In this document: positions 60,352 through 64,000 of the stretch, one piece after another
How positions within the stretch are numbered: position 1 is the stretch's first letter
Layout of the letters: every line of letters starts with the position of its first letter
Origin: an uncultured Gammaproteobacteria bacterium
Lineage (GTDB): Bacteria > Patescibacteriota > Microgenomatia > UBA10105 > UBA927
Direction: 5' to 3'
DNA length: 64,000 bases
NCBI GenBank assembly: GCA_964573695.1
Contig: CAZNKB010000002.1
Span: forward strand, 44,302-108,301
The notes under the pieces: generated by a model
What the model was told of the DNA's origin: nothing
Database searches by the model: none
Seen by the model: only the letters and a program-made list of their open reading frames with translations
Position numbers and translations under genes: made by a program

Positions 60352-61070
60352 AATTTTGCCCGAGTCAGAAAAGAATGAAAGCTCATCATAAGGGCGACGA
60401 TGATTCCCGGCATACCGTCGCGAAATCCTAAACGCCATAAATAATTCTGGATAAACTTTCCGGTAGGATACGCTACGATATGCCACCAGGAAACGCGTTT
60501 GCCGATTTCGAAGAAGTGCAAAGCGTTTATCGTCGAATACGTATTTATATCATCCAAAAAATGTGCGACGTCAGGGTGAGGGGTATGTAAAAGCGGATTT
60601 TCCAGTGTCCCCACCACGCCCCGGACATTCCAGGTTTCGTGCACAGGCCGCTGCCATGTGCCACTTTCCTTTTTGGCCAAACGAATGAGTCTTACCCGCT
60701 GCGTTTCTCCGTGCTGCATGGACTTACCCCACATTACATCCTGCCGCTTGAGAAAAAATCCCTGCACATCTACTTTTTGCACCGCTTCTTCTATTTCCTT
60801 CGCAAGTACCGGCGTCACCACTTCATCGGAATCTACAAATAACACCCACTCCTGACGTACTTGTGCCAGACCGAAATTGCGCTGTTTGGCAAAATCCCCT
60901 TTTAGCGGATGCGGTATGACGCGGGCACCGAATTTTTTGGCGATGTCGCAGGTTTCATCGGTCGACTCATCATCAATCACCACAATTTCATCGCAGAACC
61001 CAAGGCTTTTGAGGGAGACCTGTAGCGTAGCCTGGTTATTATGTGTCAGAACGACCGCAGATATACCCAT
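60324..61070 (-). CDS. GT2 glycosyltransferase
   Basis: VIDDESTD, FVDSDE, VHE. Start at 61070 or 61082. Confidence 0.92.
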   Translation of the reverse strand: MGISAVVLTHNNQATLQVSLKSLGFCDEIVVIDDESTDETCDIAKKFGARVIPHPLKGDFAKQRNFGLAQVRQEWVLFVDSDEVVTPVLAKEIEEAVQKVDVQGFFLKRQDVMWGKSMQHGETQRVRLIRLAKKESGTWQRPVHETWNVRGVVGTLENPLLHTPHPDVAHFLDDINTYSTINALHFFEIGKRVSWWHIVAYPTGKFIQNYLWRLGFRDGMPGIIVALMMSFHSFLTRAKLWQLQQHAE

Positions 61071-61096
61071 ACCGTGATTCATTGTATCATACGGCT

Positions 61097-62230
61097 ATGA
61101 CACTCCGAAGGACCCTAAGCCTTATCGCAATCGCCTATCTTCTCGCGTTTGTCTCTCATGCCTGGCACCTCAAAAAAACAGTGTACGGAGACGGAATTTT
61201 TTACTATTCCTGGCTTCGGTCCGTCGTCATAGATCGGGATATCAACTTTGCAAACGAATACGCACATTTTCAGGTGCGCCAACCTCTGACAACACGAGGT
61301 ACCTACGGCAACAAATATAGCATAGGACCTGCCATATTCTGGTCACCGCCGTATGTGATGCTTCATACGGCTCTTCGCGGAGACGGCTGGGGACTACCCT
61401 ATCAGTTAGCGGTGGGAGCAACCTCCGTACTGGCGGCTATATCAGGACTCGCCTTACTCACAAGACTTATCGGCCAACCATTACCCGTGGTGTCACTCAC
61501 CATACTCCTTATCGCAGGCGCCACGAATCTGCTTTTTTACGGAAGCATAGACGCGGTCAATTCTCATGCCCTATCCTTTTTTGCTGCCGTCGTGTTTCTC
61601 AATCTTTTGGCTGCCACAAAGCGACATTGGCTTGCCATAGGAATAGCACTTGCGATCCTTGCCTCCGTACGGCTGCAGGATCTGGTGTATGTCATTGCCC
61701 TTGTCCCGATACAAAAACATATTCATTGGAAGCAACTTTTACTGGGATTTCTTCTGGGATTTATGCCACAACTGACGTCCTGGTGGACGCTCTATGGTAC
61801 GCTTGCCAATCCGTATTTGTCGGGCGGCGAGTACTTTGACCTGCTCCGGCCGCATATACTGGGCGTTCTCTTTAGTCCTCAAAGCGGGCTTTTCCTCTGG
61901 ACACCCATTGTGGCAGTCGGAGTGTATGGACTCGTATATCCCTACGTGAGAAAGACGCAAACCGAAATGCAGGTGAAAAATCGACACATCTACCTCATTA
62001 TCTTTGGACTGCAGCTCTACTTTATCGCCAGCTGGAACACATGGTGGCAGGGGGCAAGTATCAGCGGCCGGATGTTTGTCAGCACATTGCCGCTGGTGGC
62101 CATTGGACTGGGGGATATAATTGCTCGTATTTATACGCACCGGTTGCTTCGCTCTGTACTCCCGCTTATGGTCGCAGGGATCAGTGTAGTGAATGCAATG
62201 GGAATCTTTTATTACCTGTTTACGAACTGA
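61097..62230 (+). CDS. Polytopic membrane protein, probable GT-C glycosyltransferase
   Basis: GDGIFYY loop, many TM helices, GLFLWTP, WWQG..GR. Confidence 0.72.
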   Translation: MTLRRTLSLIAIAYLLAFVSHAWHLKKTVYGDGIFYYSWLRSVVIDRDINFANEYAHFQVRQPLTTRGTYGNKYSIGPAIFWSPPYVMLHTALRGDGWGLPYQLAVGATSVLAAISGLALLTRLIGQPLPVVSLTILLIAGATNLLFYGSIDAVNSHALSFFAAVVFLNLLAATKRHWLAIGIALAILASVRLQDLVYVIALVPIQKHIHWKQLLLGFLLGFMPQLTSWWTLYGTLANPYLSGGEYFDLLRPHILGVLFSPQSGLFLWTPIVAVGVYGLVYPYVRKTQTEMQVKNRHIYLIIFGLQLYFIASWNTWWQGASISGRMFVSTLPLVAIGLGDIIARIYTHRLLRSVLPLMVAGISVVNAMGIFYYLFTN

Positions 62231-63371
62231 GGACGCGCCTATATACACTATCCAGCAGCTTGGCCCCGATGCCGACATCGTGAACCCGGAGTGCGCGCTG
62301 ACGGGCCCTTCGCGCAAATACTTCTCGCTTTGCGGGGGTAAGGATAAACTCCCGAAGTGCATCGGCAATCGCGCCGGGTGAACTGGGAGGAACGAGCACC
62401 GCAGCGTCTTTGACGTTTTCCTCGATGCCGCCGCAGCGGGTAGTGATTATGGGCAGTCCGGACGATTGCGCCTCGAGTAACGCCATACCGTACTGCTCTT
62501 CCCACGTATTCGTCGGCTTACTCGGAGCGACGAATAAGTCTGCAGCTTGATAGATACCGGGCATTTGATCATACGTAGCACTCTCTATAGTAGAGTGCCA
62601 ATTTTTCCGGATATTCCGGTGGTGATGTAAGATGACCTGTCGCAGCGGCCCGTCACCCACAAATCGAAATTGTAATCTATACCCGGACAATCCCGGATCC
62701 TGTGCCAAAATCTGTGCTGATCTCAACAGATCCTCCACTCCCTTTTCCCAAACCAGCCGCCCACAAAAAAGAACAGTAAATGCACGCTTTTTGGGGTCGG
62801 CTACCAGCCGAAATGACGGATCAAACGGAACAAACCGATTCGTGTCTATATGTGCACCTATCACCGAGATTTTTTCGGCATCTGCACCCTCAATAACGAG
62901 TGCTCGCTTCGCTTTTTGGGTAACGGCGATAATGTGATCAAGTTCGCGCAGTGCACGTTTCTTGTACGCGAGCCTGCCATGTATCCCTTCGTTGTTGTGC
63001 GCGATCGTCTCCCATACCGTCGCAACTACTTTGCGGACTCGACCATGTTTTTTGGCATCCAGACACTGCTTCGTATACCGAAAATATGTTTCCGCCGTAT
63101 GAGCAAGATCAAATCCCTGCAGCGATTGCTCCAACCCCAGCAGGTACTGCGCATCCGTAAATATCCGGTTAAGGATTGGCATTTTGTACGGGAAATCCGG
63201 TATATCCATAGGACTCATCAGTTTGACGACCGGAAAGGGAAACTGATCATGCAAAGGGGAGAGCGATGCAAAGGCCGCGAGTCGGTATCGGCTCACAAGC
63301 GGCACGAAACTCTGCATATCATACCAATTGAGGAACTTCCCGCGGACTATGGCAACAGACGGGTTTTTCAT
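62220..63371 (-). CDS. GT4 glycosyltransferase
   Basis: GRLVWEKG, EQYGMALLEA. Confidence 0.92.
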   Translation of the reverse strand: MKNPSVAIVRGKFLNWYDMQSFVPLVSRYRLAAFASLSPLHDQFPFPVVKLMSPMDIPDFPYKMPILNRIFTDAQYLLGLEQSLQGFDLAHTAETYFRYTKQCLDAKKHGRVRKVVATVWETIAHNNEGIHGRLAYKKRALRELDHIIAVTQKAKRALVIEGADAEKISVIGAHIDTNRFVPFDPSFRLVADPKKRAFTVLFCGRLVWEKGVEDLLRSAQILAQDPGLSGYRLQFRFVGDGPLRQVILHHHRNIRKNWHSTIESATYDQMPGIYQAADLFVAPSKPTNTWEEQYGMALLEAQSSGLPIITTRCGGIEENVKDAAVLVPPSSPGAIADALREFILTPAKREVFARRARQRALRVHDVGIGAKLLDSVYRRVLSS

Positions 63372-64000
63372 GAGTGAGGCTCGAAACGTGCCATGACCTC
63401 CGTAACCGTACGGGCAAATGAACGCCAGGAGAATTGCTTCGCCCGTTGCCGGCCTTTCTCGCTCAGTTTATTGCGAAAGCCCGAATCCGTTGTCATGGTG
63501 ACAAGCGCCCGAACGGCGGCTTGTTCATCTTGCGGGTCGACAAGCAAGCCCGCATCACCGACGACTTCGGGGTATGCGCCGGCCGTCGATCCGATTACCG
63601 GACAACCCGAGGCCATAGCTTCTACCACCGGAAGACCGAAGCCTTCGATCAGTGACACAGTCAGCAATACCCGGGCCCCACGATAATACTGTGCCAGCGT
63701 TTCATCGTCGACAAATCCGACAATCGATACCCGGTTCTGAAGTCCGAGTGAATTTATGGTCGCGGAGATTCCCGGATCCAGCCAGTAGTCACTGCCCACA
63801 AGCAAAAAATCATAGACCACCTCGCTCGTATGCAAAAAAGCAGCAAATGCCCGAAGCATCATGGGCACGTTCTTCCCGGGCTTAAGAGACCCGACGAAGA
63901 GAATGTAAGGATTATCACGCTTATGTTTGGTGCCTAAGGGGTGGAAATATTTTTCCACACCAAGATAGGCGACAGTCAGCTTCTCTTTCGGTACATGATA
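63368..64000 (-). CDS. GT4 glycosyltransferase (5' end outside the window)
   Basis: FVGSLKPGKN, EGFGLPVVEAMASG; the frame stays open to the window edge. Confidence 0.92.
   Translation of the reverse strand, partial: YHVPKEKLTVAYLGVEKYFHPLGTKHKRDNPYILFVGSLKPGKNVPMMLRAFAAFLHTSEVVYDFLLVGSDYWLDPGISATINSLGLQNRVSIVGFVDDETLAQYYRGARVLLTVSLIEGFGLPVVEAMASGCPVIGSTAGAYPEVVGDAGLLVDPQDEQAAVRALVTMTTDSGFRNKLSEKGRQRAKQFSWRSFARTVTEVMARFEPHS

Overview
Gene-dense bacterial chromosome segment in the standard genetic code. Gene content and style (short AtpH, MurT/GatD, PolX-PHP, many membrane glycosyltransferases, mostly leaderless genes) suggest Patescibacteria/CPR, probably Microgenomates; this is inference. 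Housekeeping content: metK behind a SAM-I riboswitch, dinB, a DEAD-box helicase, csp, obgE, nth, mscL, rplS, pyrG, a full F1Fo atp operon, dnaE, gatCAB, murT-gatD, htpX-lemA, polX, mltG, a surface-glycan cluster and five tRNAs (Glu, Lys, Asp, Gly, Thr). The most unusual signal is at the tRNAs. At tRNA-Lys, -Gly and -Glu (weakly -Asp), the promoter is followed by a duplicated tRNA 5' end that breaks at nt 11-12 into a GC-rich hairpin, then an insert, then the intact tRNA. The insert is a small GIY-YIG nuclease gene whose stop codon lies inside the tRNA (Lys, Gly) or a non-coding multi-hairpin repeat (Glu). Downstream of tRNA-Glu, hairpin-interrupted copies of the tRNA 3' end and a shared 17-bp motif delimit two AT-rich cargo cassettes, with no integrase in the window: a STAS-GHKL kinase / STAS / membrane-protein operon, and a HEPN-type gene behind a promoter-proximal terminator. 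No database searches were run; all family calls come from motif recognition.
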